Source of the DNA: Vicugna vicugna
Lineage: Eukaryota
Reading direction: 5' to 3'
Assembly: GCA_013265495.1 (NCBI GenBank)
Contig: MU058252.1
Coordinates: 310,001-374,000, forward strand
Length of the DNA: 64,000 bases
Shown here: one piece after another, positions 24,528 to 37,800 of the stretch
Layout: every line of letters starts with the position of its first letter
How positions within the stretch are numbered: position 1 is the first letter of the stretch
Translations under genes and position numbers: made by a program
Notes under the pieces: model-generated
What the model saw: only the letters and a program-made list of their open reading frames with translations
Told to the model about the DNA's origin: nothing
Databases searched by the model: none

Positions 24528-24950
24528 CGCGGCCGCCGCGCGGGGACCCTTGCGGGCCCTGGGTTCTAAGACTCCGGGCCCGGCGTTGCAGAGGAGGCGG
24601 CACCCCCGCCCCCGGCTCTGCCCCGCCCTCCTGCCTGCGCATGGGCTTCTGGGGCTTGTAGTCCTAGCCCCCCAGGTTTCCCTGTAATACCCAGGGCCTT
24701 AGACAACATGAAGACTACAACACCCAGCAGGCTGCGCTCAGGCTCTCTGCAGCACTCGCCTCCCGGGACTCTTGTTCGACCGCGGAGGCAAACCTTGGAC
24801 TTCAAATCCCAGGAAGCACCGCGTGTCCGCTTCCCCGGCTCCCCGCCGTCGCGCGCGGCTCCCAGTGTGCCCTGCTCGTGCTGTTCCTTTCAGTGATTAC
24901 AACCTTATTTTGAAAAAGGCCTCTCCGGGACTACACATTCCAGAATGCTG
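24380..24950. promoter_or_regulatory. CDK5 CpG-island promoter, divergent toward SLC4A2, with three ZNF143/THAP11-type motifs
   Basis: ACTACAAGCCCC (- strand, 24651-24662), ACTACAACACCCAGCAGGC (24714-24732), ACTACACATTCCAGAATGC (24930-24948), plus GC boxes and a TGCGCATG NRF1-like site. Confidence 0.75.
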
Positions 24951-25614
24951 CGGGGGTGGGGGTGGGGTGGGGCCCTTTCCAAAACCTTTTTGGGTTTTGG
25001 CGGCCTGCATCACGAGTCCAGGTGGCCCTGCCCTGACCCTGGTTGATGATGTTGAAGTCCCAATGTCCTCCTGAAAATCTCAGCGCGACTTTCCACCTCT
25101 CCCTAGGCCATCTGGTAACCTCAGGATTGGCTGGGGAATGGCTCTGAGCCATGTCTTGCTGATGATGACTTCACAGGGACCAGCTGACCACAGGGCTGGA
25201 AAGAGGCAGGTGTGCCCCATTAGAGACCGGATTTACCGTAGGCCAGAGAATTCTCTTCTGGGCCCCGTTTGTTGACTCCAGCCGTTTGCTACATTCTGAT
25301 AGTCCGAGGAAAGTTGGCTGGAGCACTAGGAGTACCTCTCTTCCCCTCCCCATACGAGTCTGCAGAGCCTGGACCCAGTGGAGTCAGCCAGGGTGTGGCT
25401 GAGGGCTAGTAGGTTGGTTACCGCCATCAACAGACAGAAGCACAGACAGATGCTACACTTGAAGCAGCCTTGACCTCATCCCTTAAGGAGTTGATTATAG
25501 ATTTTCTTGCGGCTGCTCTCTAATTGTCTCATGATTGCATTCTTGAGGGCTGTGAACTGATGAAAATTGCCCCAAATAGCACTCCTCAGCTCCGGAACCA
25601 GAGTTGGTGCTAGC

Positions 25615-25740
25615 ATTTGTTAATTAACTCGTTTATATCTGAACATCTTATGAATACCCAACACTGTGCTCACTCGGTGGCACACTAAAGAAAAGAAGCA
25701 AAACGTATGTTCCTTATCCAGAAGAATTTATAGTTAAGAA
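25615..25740 (-). mobile_element. L2 fragment
   Basis: Antisense L2 3' end-like text (CATTTGTTAATTAACT...ACACTGTGCT). Confidence 0.45.
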
Positions 25741-26049
25741 ACCCAGAAGCACGCACAGAGATCTTTAAATGACAGATGATGACTATGAATAGGGTTTGAG
25801 GAGGGAGGTCACCGGAGGGAATCTCTCCGAGGCAGAAGCTCCCCGGTTCGGAAAGCCTACGTCAGCCCAGAGTAATGGGCATCCAGCCTCCAGCCGCCAT
25901 CACCCTTATCGCCCCCCTCTACTGTCCTCCTGGCAAAGACAGGGTTTTGGAGGCGCTGGAGATACCGGGGGTGGAGGCGAGAGCCGCGGGTGGGCGAGAG
26001 AGAATCTTGACCCCGATGCATTTATATTTCAACTTCCTCCGCCCCTAAT

Positions 26050-26800
26050 TTCCTGATCATCTTTGTGCCTCCGTTTTCCTGCCTGGGATCCTCAGTGTGA
26101 GGCGGGCCCCTTTCCGCCCAGAGGTGTATAATGGGCCCAAGAGACGGCCTCCCCAGGGCGCCCGAGCCCCGTGCGGGGAAGCCTCGCGGGACCGCGGCGA
26201 GGGACTGGGGGGGGCCGCCTCCTCGGCGCTGGGCTCCGGGAGCCGGGCAGTGCCTGGAAGCGCGCCTCCGCCCCCGGGTCTCGGCCCCCGCTCCCCGCCT
26301 CCCTACCCGCGGCGACGGGGCCGCGCACGGTGCGCCGGGGGGCGCGCACGCAGGGGGCTGGCCTGCCCGCGGCGCGGGGGAAAGTTGAGTTGGGAGAAGT
26401 TGGGAGCGGCGGGGGCGCGCCCCAAGGTGGGCACGGGGGAGTCGTCGGGAGCGCGCGAGGGCGCCAGAGAAGAGGGAGAGACCCGGAGACCCCGAGAGTA
26501 CGAAGTCCAGAGGAAGCGGGTAAGCGGAGAGGTGGCGGCAGGGGAGGGCCAGGGCCGCGGAGGGAGGAAGGGAGGGGGAAGGAAAGGGGGGAACTTGGGA
26601 CTCGGAGCGGGGAGGGAGTGGAAGTGCAGGAAAGGGCGGAGACTGGGGCGCGGAGAAGCGAGATCTTGGGGAGAAGGATGGGGAGGCGAGCGAAGTGATT
26701 AATGATCGCAAGCGGGATCTGGGGTCCTCTTAGAATTCCCTAAAGCGAGGGTGCCGCGCCCCCTGCCACCAGGAGGGGGTAGTTTCAGTGAGGCGCGCCG
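26050..26800 (+). promoter_or_regulatory. SLC4A2 (AE2a) CpG-island promoter
   Basis: High CpG density and GC boxes upstream of and around the putative exon 1a. Confidence 0.7.
26370..26519 (+). other. SLC4A2: Probable non-coding first exon of SLC4A2 (AE2a), in a CpG island
   Basis: CpG-rich region ending in a strong donor GCGG|GTAAGC at 26519/26520. The 5' boundary is approximate. Confidence 0.6.
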
Positions 26801-28819
26801 GCCCTCCCAACTCCTGGGCGAGCTCCAGACGACATCTGTCCCCTGCGACCCCCTACTCTGTCCTTCGCTCGTTGGGGGCGCCCTGCCTAGGGGGTTGCCC
26901 CGAGCCTCTTCCCCTCGATCTAGAGGTTGGGAGGCGGAGCCGGGAAGGGGGGTGGGGGGTGGGGTCAGGACAAGGGGTCAGGCAGAGGAGGGAGCAGCTG
27001 GGTGGGGATGGGAAAGACGAGCCTGGAGAGTTCGACCTAACTCCTGGGGGGCTGGCTTGTCTGGGTGGGGAGCGCTCTGTGCTGGGTGTGGGGGCGGCGC
27101 TATCTGCAATCCAGAATCCATCTTACCCTCCTCCCCTTTGCCCCCCCCCCACCGCCAGCCCCACTTCGAGGAACCCCCACCGCCAGCCCCACTCCCAGGA
27201 ACTGTGGAATGTGCAAATTCACTTGGGGGCCGTTAATGCCCATGTGGGGGTCCAGAGTGCTAATCCCTTGGGCAGGGGTATAGATGCTAATCCTCCGGGC
27301 CGGTCGGGGCTGGTCCCCGGAATGTGCCCCCACCCCGGATTATCGGCACCCGATGCTCTGGACAGAAGCTGCTTTGTGTTCTGGGACCGTGGGGGAGGGG
27401 GAGGGTGTGCGGAGGTAAAGGGAGGAGGGGAGGACGGAGGAGCACATTGAGGGCACAGCCTGGAGGTGGGAGTGGGGCACTTGCAGGTACTCAGGACACT
27501 CCTTCCCAGACCAGGTTTCCTCCCCCAGTGCCCTGGCTGAAGGCCTGCTAGGGGGAGGTTAGGAGAGCGGTCAGCTGAGTTGCAATGCCTGCCAGGAATG
27601 TGTCTCTCCAGGCTCCCCACCCTGGGCTGACCCCCTAGACCTACATTGTTTGACCCTACACTGACCTGTTTTATCCCTGAGTTAACCCTAAATCCAGTAA
27701 CCCTGACCCCCCCAACAACACACTGGAGAACTTCAGTACTTTTGGAATCACAGAGTCTTGGGTGCCCTCTGCGCTCCCCCCACGAGGAATAGGTACCCCA
27801 ACTGGCTCTAGTCAGGTCCCTAACCACAACCTTTCTGCCCTCCTCCCCGCATAGACAGTGTCCTTCCCAGATGCCCCTACAGTCACAGTCAGGAGGGCAT
27901 CAGCCCTGTCACTCAGATTTTCCTGGCCCCAGGCTCAGGGAGGGGAGGGATTGGAACAGCCCCTGAGGGGCAGAATTTCAGTGTCTCTGTGCCCACCCTC
28001 CTCCCCGTCGTCACGTGCCCCTCCCCCATTATAAAGCTCTGCCCTGCCTGTGCCGTCCTCCCTTCCTCCCTCCCACTGAGTGAGTGGAGTTGGGCTCCTG
28101 TCCCTCCCCCAGGGAGCCTCCTCCCCCTCACCTTGGGGCCGGGCTTTCATCAGGGGAGGGGGCACATGACACCTGCCCCCTTGCTTGCCATTTCGGGCTC
28201 TTTCCCCTCCTTGCTCCACAGGGTGTGTCACTCCCCCCAGCACACCCCTCTCCGGTCTCAGCCCTCCTCAGTGTGCTGTGCCACAACTCCACCACCGCTA
28301 CCGCTCCTGTTTCTGGCTTGCCTGTCTTCCCTCCTTCCTCTGTTGTCCCCTCCCTGATCTCTGCTGCTTTTTTGGGTCTGGGCCTTGACTGCTTTCTGCC
28401 TTTTTTCCCACCAGCCTCTCCCACCCCCTGTTCTCTCCCCCCATCACTCTCCTTCCTCCTTTGGCCCTTTGTGGCCTCCTGTGCCTCAGTCTTGCCCTTT
28501 GTTTCTCTTTGGTCTTCTCTTTTCTCCCTTTAAGTAACTTTTTTGCCCCCCCACCAAGGGTCACTCGAAGACCCTTTCTGGTCCAGGAGGATCGTGCGCA
28601 GCCAGGAGACCCCTTGCAGCCAGCAGGCTTCTGAGAAGCTCTGGTGCCCTGCCCTCCCCTGGTCTGGGCCTGGGCTCGAAGGGCTGTACAATGTCAGGGT
28701 GCCTCCACTGGCCTGACCCCTCTCTCACTCGGTGATTGGTCCTCTCCCCCGCCCAGGTTATGCCGCCGCCTTGTTGCCCTGAAAGCCACAGCTACAGCGA
28801 GAAGGGCTAAGGTTTGGCC

Positions 28820-31800
28820 ATGAGCAGCGCCCCCCGGCGCCCCACCTCGGGCGCAGATTCCTTCTGCACTGTGAGTATTGCCAGCTGGCTGGGCCACCCT
28901 CCCATCCCTTTCCACCGGTGCTCTGGCCAAGGGTGAGGGTCTGCATCAAACAGGGGTATGCATGTGTGTATGTGCTTGTGTATGTGTGTATACAGAGACC
29001 TGGGAGGGAAGCTGGTGATGGACTTGGGAGGGACACTGCCATCCCTATTCGGGCCTTGCATAGCACACCGGGTCTGGGACAGGAATTGGTGGAGTGTCAG
29101 GCAGCTTCCAGTCCTTGGGAAGGAGTTGAGGCCCTATTTCCTGAAGACCCGGGCGGTTGTTCAGCCTCTGCAAAGGAGGAACTTTGGGAACCCTGGGTCT
29201 CTAACCTAGGGACATCACCCCCTCCCACCAACTGGGTCTTAGAGGCAGGGGCAGTCGGCTGCACGGAGTTTCTGGGCAGACCGCCCCAACCCCCGGCCCC
29301 ACGTGCTACCCAGGCCCGCCCCTCCTGGCCCCCACGTGGCCAGCGCCCCACGTGGCCCCCTCCCGATTTTCCTGGGAAGGATAATGATTAACCCCGAGTG
29401 CCATAATCAGCCTGTTATTGGTCACTTTGGCCCAACGGGGCACGTGACCGGGAAGGGGCGCCGGCCAGTCCCCTCCCCCCTCCCCCGAGTTCACCCCTGC
29501 CGGCCATGGACTTCCTTCTGAGGCCTCAGGTGCGAGGGGTTCGCGACCCCCCTCCCCCACCCCGGGCTGGCTCCCTCCGCGCTCGCTTGTTTCAGCCGCC
29601 TGCCGCCGCCTTCCTCCTGCGGGCTAATTCTGGTGAGAGTGGGGCCCAGCGCTTGGGGGGAGCTGGGCTAGAGCTGTGGAGGTGGACTGGGGAGAAGCAC
29701 GCCCCGACTCCTGCATCTCCTTGCGTCCAGTATCTCTGCCACCCCACCCCCAGCTGCTCCTGCCCCCACCTTGGTATCTCCCTAAGGCCCGCCCCTCTTC
29801 CCAGCCCACCTCCCCTTGCCCTTCCTTGCGCTAGTACCCCTGCCCTTGAAGATCTCGATGCCCTTCGAGTCCAGAAGCTCTTGAGCAAATATTGGCGGTG
29901 CCTGGAGCTGAGACCGGCAAGGGGTGGGTGGCCGGGCTGGATCAAGGTCACAGGCTAGGCGGCTGGCCGCTTAGCTAGGCTGAGCTCTCCAAAGCGCCAC
30001 CGCAGTCCCGCCACCGGCTCCTGCAGTATGACTCAGGTGGGGCAGTGGGGGTGGGGCGGGGCGGGGCTAGGCAGTGGCTGAGGGCCCGCACTCCATGGGG
30101 GAGGGGCCGGTGGGGTGCCCCTGCTTCCAGCGGGGGGCCTCTCCTGATAAGACGAAGCGCTACATCCCTGTCTAGGAGCTGGGCTCCAGTTTGATTCAGA
30201 CCAAGTCCATCTCAGTTAGCTCCAGCACTTCTGGAAGTTAACTGTTCAGGCTCATTAGTTGTCTCCCAGCTGAGGAGTCATGTTCACTGTCAGCTGTGTG
30301 AACTGCCCAGGTCACACACCTGGCCTTGGGGGTGGGCACACAGGGTCTCTGCTGAGGCTTCCAGGGCAGACCCTTTCCACCTGCCCTGGAACTGACTGGA
30401 AATGGCACAGCCAGGGTCCAGATAGCCCAGAACTGAGGGCACAGGCTGCTGGGGCTGGGTGCTGAGTCCCCTGCATCTGAGGCGACAGGCTGTTGGGGAG
30501 AGTCTGGGTCCCTGGCATTGGAGGGGAAGGCACTGGGGGGTACCAGAAGCCTACTGTGAGGCAAGGTGGGGTTTTGAGGAACAATCCCTCTTGTGTTCTC
30601 ATCACATTTCTTCCTCACAGCCAGAGCCAGAGAGCTTGGGCCCTGTGACGCCTGGCTTCCCTGAGCAGGAAGAAGACGAACTTCACCGCACCCTTGGCGT
30701 GGAGCGGTTTGAGGAGATCCTCCAGGAGGCTGGGTCTCGAGGAGGGGAGGAGCCAGGCCGAAGCTATGGGGAGGAAGACTTTGAATGTGAGGGGCTCAGG
30801 GAGGCAGGGGCAAGCGGGAGAGGCGGCGGGGTGCTCTGGCTTGAGTGCCCGGTAGGGATTGAGCTAGGGGCCTGGTGGGAGGGGCTGGGGTTGGATAGCT
30901 GGGGAGGGAAGCTGTACCTGCCGGCAGCCAGGTCTCCTCCTCCCTGCAGACCACCGCCAGTCCTCCCACCACATCCATCACCCACTGTCCACCCACCTGC
31001 CTCCGGATACCCGGCGCCGAAAGACGCCCCAGGGGCCAGGACGGAAGCCTCGCAGGCGCCCTGGAGCCTCCCCGACTGGGGAGACCCCTACCATTGAGGA
31101 GGGCGAGGAAGAGGAGGATGAGGCCAGTGAGGCTGAGGGGGCCCGGGCGCTCACCCAGCCATCCCCTGCCTCCACACCTTCTTCAGTGCAGGTGAACGGG
31201 GGCAGGGCTCCTGAGGATATCGGCAGGGTCCCTGGCGTGGCATCACCTGCTCACACGGGTCCCTGTTCTAGTTCTTTCTCCAGGAGGATGAAGGTGCTGA
31301 CCGGAAGGCAGAAGCAACCAGTCCATCTCCTCCTCCACCACTGCCCCACCAGGAGGCAGCTCCCCAGGCCACCAAAGGGGCCCAGACTGGGTAAGTGTCC
31401 CCAAACAGAGACCTCCCCTGCTGGCATCAGTGAGGTGAGGTGGGAAAAAAAGCATGAGCCTCGAGATCATCAGACTGGGGATCAAATCCCAGTCCTGCCA
31501 GTCAGTAGCTTTTTGGGCAAGTAACAGTGTCTCTGAGCCCCGGTTTCCTCATCTATAAACCAAGACTAATAGAATCTTTCTCATAAGGTGATAGTCAGGA
31601 TTAAAGAGTGGTGGGAATGAAAGTTGAAGTATGGTTTAGCCTGGCACAGAACAAATGTGCAGTTTAAGCTGCTTCTTCCCACCCCCACCATCCCCCTGCC
31701 CATGGCTTCAGGTTGAGCAGCGTCAAACGCTGGATCAGGGACTGGCGTGGTGATCTCCAAGCACCTCCTAGGGCCCCAAGAGTGTGAGATCCCTTCTTGC

Positions 31801-34800
31801 TCTGGGGGAGCTGCCAGTCCACCCTGGTTGTCACTTCATGAAATGGCATCCAAACAAGTTACTGTGCCACACAACCTGGCATGGTATGGTGTGGGTACCA
31901 GCAGGTGATTGGAGTTTGGGGATTTTGGCTAATAAAAGCTTCCTGGAGGAAGTCACTTTGAACTAGGCCTCAAGGTCACTACTGTCACCTCCCTGTTGTT
32001 TTCTAGGTGCCAGGCAGTGTGAAGAGCTTGGGGAAGTGAAGGGCATGTTGTCCCTCTAGGGTGGCACAGACTTGCTGGGGGACAGGCACTGTGGATGGAG
32101 CTGGGTCCACGCTAGCCATCTGCACTGGGGGCACAGACCTGTGGGCGGCTGGATGGCTAGGAGGGAGTAGGGGAGCCTCAGAGCACGGCACTGGAAAAGT
32201 GGGTCAACTTTGTGGGCAGGGGTGTGAGCAGAACCAAGAGCACAGAAGGTGGGTGTAGGCAGAGAAAGGCTGGCAGGGGAAGGACTGGCAGTGGGCAGGG
32301 GACATGGCTTAGAGCTGTGGGAGGCGCCAGATGCCAGGAGAAGGATTTAGAATGATGTGGCCAGGACAGGGACCCATTGGCAATGGCAGAGAAAGGAGGC
32401 ATCCTAGTTTGGGGGACGGGACAGAAGTCGGAATCTGTAAGGGTGTGTGTGACGTGGGGAGGGGTCTGCGGTTTCAAAGGCCCATTTCCATGTTCTTTAC
32501 TACATTTGGTTAGAAACATGGGACTCTGTGAACCTCAAGTCCATTGTTAGGGGTATGCCTGGGAGGGGGGGCAAGCCCTGCTCTGTGTCCTTTTCTGGAC
32601 TTCGCCTCTCCCCACACCCCAGAAGGCTGGCCTCAGCTCCATTTTGCTGCTGAATTTATGTTCCGAGTGGCTTGTGAGGTTGCTTGGGTGGCCCAGCCAG
32701 TAAAGGGTAGAGCTGGATTTAAACACTGCAGTCTGCTTCCAGAATCCTCACTCTTTCACATCCATACCTACCTACTGAGAGTGGGAAGTGAGGAGGGCTA
32801 GGATCCAGTGGAGTCCCCTTCCTGGGTCCCTCCTGCGTGGCTCCTGGCCGAGGGGGAGAGGCCAGCCCTCTCAGGCTCACGGCTGCTTTGTCTGTCCAGA
32901 GCCCTGGTGGAAGAGGTGGTGGCGGCAGCTGGTGGCACAGCCGGAGGTGATGACGGAGGTGCCTCGGGGCGCCCCCTGACCAAAGCGCAGCCTGGACACC
33001 GCAGCTACAACCTGCAGGAGAGGAGGCGCATCGGAAGCATGACCGGGGCTGAGCAGGCCCTGCTGCCCCGGGTCCCGACGGATGAGAGCGAGGCCCAGAC
33101 ACTGGCCACAGCCGACCTTGACCTCATGAAGAGTGAGTGCTGGGCCCTGGCCAAGCCTGGAGCGGGTGGGTACAGAGGTGGGGGTAAGAGAAAGGGGCGC
33201 TTTTGATTCTGTTCCTCCACCCCGCACAGGTCACCGTTTTGAGGATGTTCCTGGGGTCCGGCGACACTTGGTGCGGAAGAATGCCAAAGCATCTGGGCAG
33301 AGTGTCCGGGAAGGGCGAGAGCCAGGCCCCACACCTCGGGCCCGGCCCCGGGCCCCCCACAAGCCCCATGAGGTGATTTCTCCGCCTCACGCTCTTCTAT
33401 TCTCTTCCTATCCCTCTTCTCTCCACAGCCCACCCCTTGGACCAGCAGTAATCTCAAGCCCCAGGGTTGCCATAGACAGTCATGAAGCTTGTACACTACA
33501 CAAGAGTGCAACGTGCACGTCTTCGACAGTGTTAATTTTTTTCATTGAAAGATAGTTGATGCCCAGTATTGTTAGTCTCAGGTGTACAACATAGCGATTT
33601 AGCATTTATGTGTATCATGAAACGTTTGCTACAGTGAGTCTAGGAACTGTCTGTCCCCAAAGTTCTTACGGTGCTGCTGAGTGTGGCCGTTCTGGTTCAT
33701 ATCTTAGCCGTGTTGAATTCTCTATCACGGCTGTCTTCCGGCAGCTGGTAGTGAGGGGTTTGAGGACTGTTTGGGCAGAGGCGCCTTTGTGGAGCATCGC
33801 ACTTCATTTTTCAGAATCCAGTCACCTCTGCTCTCATCTGATCTCCCCACAACCTGTGAAGATGACGGCCCAGATGGCATCAGCCATAAATCAGGGGCAG
33901 TGACTGGCCAAGGCCACCCAGTTACTTAGTGACATTGCCCATCTTAGACTCCAGGGCCCTGGTCCTGAACTCTTACCCTTCTAGTGGAATTTTTGTTTTA
34001 ACCTTTTTATTGTGGTTGAACAGACAGTAAAATTCACTCGGGTTAAGTGTGCAGCTCCGGGACGCTTTGCACATGTAAATACCTGGCCAACTCTACCTAG
34101 ACATAAAACACTTCCTACCCTCAGAAAGTTCCTTCGGGCCACTGCCTGGTCAGCATCCTCCAAGGTAACAGCTCTTCTGTCACTCTCAGTTAGGTTTGCT
34201 ATTTCTTGAGTGCATACAAATGGATCCCCACAAAATCCCAGAGTGTGTGTGTGTGTGTAGTGAACATTCATCAAATACTCACTGTGAGTCACGTACCGTC
34301 GTAAATGTTTTGTGTGTTTTTAATCCCCATTACAGCCCTTTGAGGTGGGTGATCTCAGACGAGCGAGTGTCTCAGGTTGGTTAGTAACTCACCGGGCTCT
34401 GTGCCTATGCCCCGGGCCCTCCGGGGTTACAAGCTCCATCCTGCTATGCCCTCTCATCCCGCCCCAAGGTGTTTGTGGAACTGAATGAGTTGCTGCTGGA
34501 CAAAAACCAGGAGCCTCAGTGGCGGGAGACAGCGCGCTGGATCAAATTTGAGGAGGACGTGGAGGAGGAGACAGAGCGCTGGGGGAAGCCCCACGTGGCC
34601 TCCCTGTCCTTCCGCAGCCTCCTGGAGCTCCGTCGGACCCTGGCCCATGGTAACCTGTCCTGCCCTCCTCCCTTGCCCATCCCTGCCCCACGGATTCCCT
34701 TTCCTGAACCCGTTCTCCGAGGACCAAATGGTCCCAAATTTGTCTTGAGCAGCAAGGTGTGTAATGTCACCAGAGCCCAGGAGGGAGCATCTCCTGTCGT

Positions 34801-37800
34801 GATGTCACTTCTCACGATGCCTGCCGTTCCTCGGGCTCTGTCGTTGGGTGACTGCAGGGCAGGACTGACCCTACTCTCTTGTCTGGCATCTTCAGCAAGC
34901 AGCTTCTCTAAGTGATATTGTCAGATCACTGAAGCTGGTATGTTTTGGATGCTACAACATTGCTTAACAGTTTTGACCAAATGCTTTCTGAAACTCTAGA
35001 GATTCTGGGGAGTGTGACCTAACCCGTAGGGGTGTGTAAACTCTACTGCATGGGCACAGATAAAGGATTCTTGAGCTCTGTGTCGGATGTTTCTGCTGCT
35101 CTTTGTTTGTTTCCTCCTTCATGCTGGGGAATCATTCCCAGTGGCTGTCAGCAGGTCTGTTTCTAAGCAGCTGAGGACTAAGAAACCTGCTGTTAGCATT
35201 GTTTCCAAACTAGGAGTAAATAGGCTCTGAGTGAGGCTTGAGGGCTTCAGGTAAGGTGCCAGAGTGCACGTGCTTGATCGCCAGGCTTTGCGATCTCAGT
35301 TTTGGCTGCTCAGGGGCCTTTGGTTCTGTTTGTCCTTTAGTTCTGTATTCCTGCAAACTGACCTTGACAGAAAAGTGACCTGGAGACTTTTGAAAGGACA
35401 TTCATTTCTATATGAAATGGTAGCTCAGAGCAGTGACATTGTGGAGAGGTCTAGAAACTGTCCTTGAGCAGCTGCTGGACTTGGGGACATTGAGGAGCCC
35501 AGGGTCGAGGGAAATATCTGCAGAGAGCTCAAGGGCAGCCACATGGACAAGGCTGCAGGCCGGCCGCATTGTGCTCCAGAGGGCAGAGCTAGGACCCTAG
35601 AGTGGACGTCCATGGAGGCAGCATGCATGCAACTTGCTCACAGGAGGAACTTTCTGAGAGTCTAGTCCAAGTGGGTGGCCTGGGGCACTTCCTGCTGCAT
35701 GCTTCCTGGAAGGGGCATCTGGGCAGGGTCTGGCCTGGGTGGCCTCTCTGACCGCTGGGATTCCATGGCCTCTGCTGAACCCAACATTCTGGGGGGGGTG
35801 GGAGGTCAGCAGGAATGAGTCAGAGAGGCAGTGGGACCTGGGCCTCAAGGCAGAGCTGGGCCCTGCTCACCGATTTCTGGGCCGGTGCTCCCCCGCCTGG
35901 ACCGCGCTTACTTGGCTGCCCCTGGTCCCTGGCTCTGCCTCCACTCTGTCTTCAACCTTGTTTCTTGCCCGGGGATGAGGGCCCCTCATTGTCCTTTTCC
36001 TAGGGGCTGTGCTCTTGGACCTGGATCAGCAGACCCTGCCTGGCGTGGCTCACCAGGTGGTGGAGCAGATGGTCATCTCTGACCAGATCAAGGCCGAGGA
36101 CAGAGCCAACGTGCTGAGGGCTCTGCTACTGAAACACAGGTGAGGCCCTACCCGCTGCACCCTGCCTACCTGTCCCTAGCCCTGGCTGTCAGGCCTCCTC
36201 ACCTCCCTGCCTCCTGCCCCACCAGCCACCCAAGTGATGAGAAGGACTTCTCCTTCCCCCGCAACATCTCTGCCGGCTCCCTGGGCTCCCTGCTGGGACA
36301 CCATCACGGCCAGGGAGCTGAGAGCGACCCCCATGTCACGGAGCCTCTCATCGGATGTGTTCCCGAGACCCGGCTGGAGGTGGATCGAGAGGTGAGGGGA
36401 GAAAGTGGCCCCGCCTGGGTAGGTCCAGCCACCACAGCGGCTGCAGGGCCACAAGCAAGCCGGGCAGGAACTTGCAGGGGAGGGCGGGCAGGCTGAGCTC
36501 TGTTCTCCTGTGTCCCCAGCGCGAGCTGCCTCCTCCAGCTCCTCCGGCAGGTATCACTCGCTCCAAGTCCAAGCATGAGCTGAAGCTTCTGGAGAAGATC
36601 CCTGAGAATGCTGAGGCTACGGTGGTCCTCGTGGGTATGTGTGGCGAGTGTCGGGGGCAGGGGTCCCGGCGGCCAGGCCTGCCTCCGTGCTGCTCTACTG
36701 GGCTAGGGCCTAGGAGGTGACCTGTGCTCTGCCCTTGCCCATGACGGCTCCACACCCCTAGGCTGCGTGGAGTTCCTCTCCCGCCCCACCATGGCCTTTG
36801 TGCGGCTGCGGGAGGCAGTGGAGCTGGATGCAGTGCTGGAGGTGCCAGTGCCCGTGCGCTTCCTCTTCCTGCTGCTGGGCCCAAGCAGCGCCAACATGGA
36901 CTACCACGAGATCGGCCGCTCCATCTCCACCCTCATGTCCGACAAGGTCAGCCACCCCTGGGCTAGGCCCTGTGCCCCAGAGCTGGGATGCCCCCCACCT
37001 ATCTTGCCCAGCCTTGCTCCAGGACCCTCAGCCCTCATCTTGCGTCCTCACCAGTCCTGGTCCCTCTTTGGCAGCAATTCCACGAGGCAGCTTACCTGGC
37101 AGACGAGCGGGAGGACCTGCTGACGGCCATCAACGCCTTCCTGGACTGCAGTGTGGTGCTGCCGCCCTCGGAAGTGCAGGGCGAGGAACTGCTGCGATCC
37201 GTTGCTCACTTCCAGCGCCAGATGCTCAAGAAGCGAGAGGAGCAGGGCCGGCTGTTGCCCACGGGGCCCGGGCTAGAGCCCAAGTCAGCCCAAGATAAGG
37301 GTACGGGCCAGTGCAGGCTGGGGCCCAGGGCTGGGCTGTCTGGGTTGGGGCTGGAGGGGGTTGGGCCGAGAGTGGTCTGTTGTGTGCAGAGAAGAGCTCG
37401 GTGGCGGGAAGAGGGCTGCAGCAGGTGCCCTGATGGAGGCCTGGGTTGCAGCGCTCCTGCAGATGGTAGAGGCGGCAGATGCAGTGGAAGATGATCCCCT
37501 TCGGCGGACAGGCCGGCCTTTTGGGGGCCTAATTCGAGATGTGCGGCGCCGCTACCCCCACTACCTGAGTGACTTCCGAGATGCACTCGACCCCCAGTGC
37601 CTGGCCGCCGTCATCTTCATCTACTTTGCGGCCCTTTCTCCTGCCATCACCTTCGGGGGACTGCTGGGTAAGGAGCGGCTTCGGGTGGGGGTGGGGAGCA
37701 CACAGGGCCCCAGCCGCCAGCCCCTAAACTGGTTCCTGCCACCCTAGGAGAGAAGACGCATGACCTGATTGGGGTGTCGGAGCTGATCATGTCCACGGCA

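Larger units (their letters stand above)
29280..30130 (+). promoter_or_regulatory. AE2b2/b1 alternative promoter with an HNF1 site
   Basis: GATAATGATTAAC at 29380-29392 (12/13 match to the HNF1 palindrome), four CACGTG E-boxes and GC boxes, directly upstream of exons 1b2 and 1b1. Confidence 0.75.

Noticed and set aside
26022-26711. Several 175-229 aa ORFs on both strands
   Set aside because: CpG-island sequence depleted of stop codons; the translations are low-complexity Arg/Gly/Pro.
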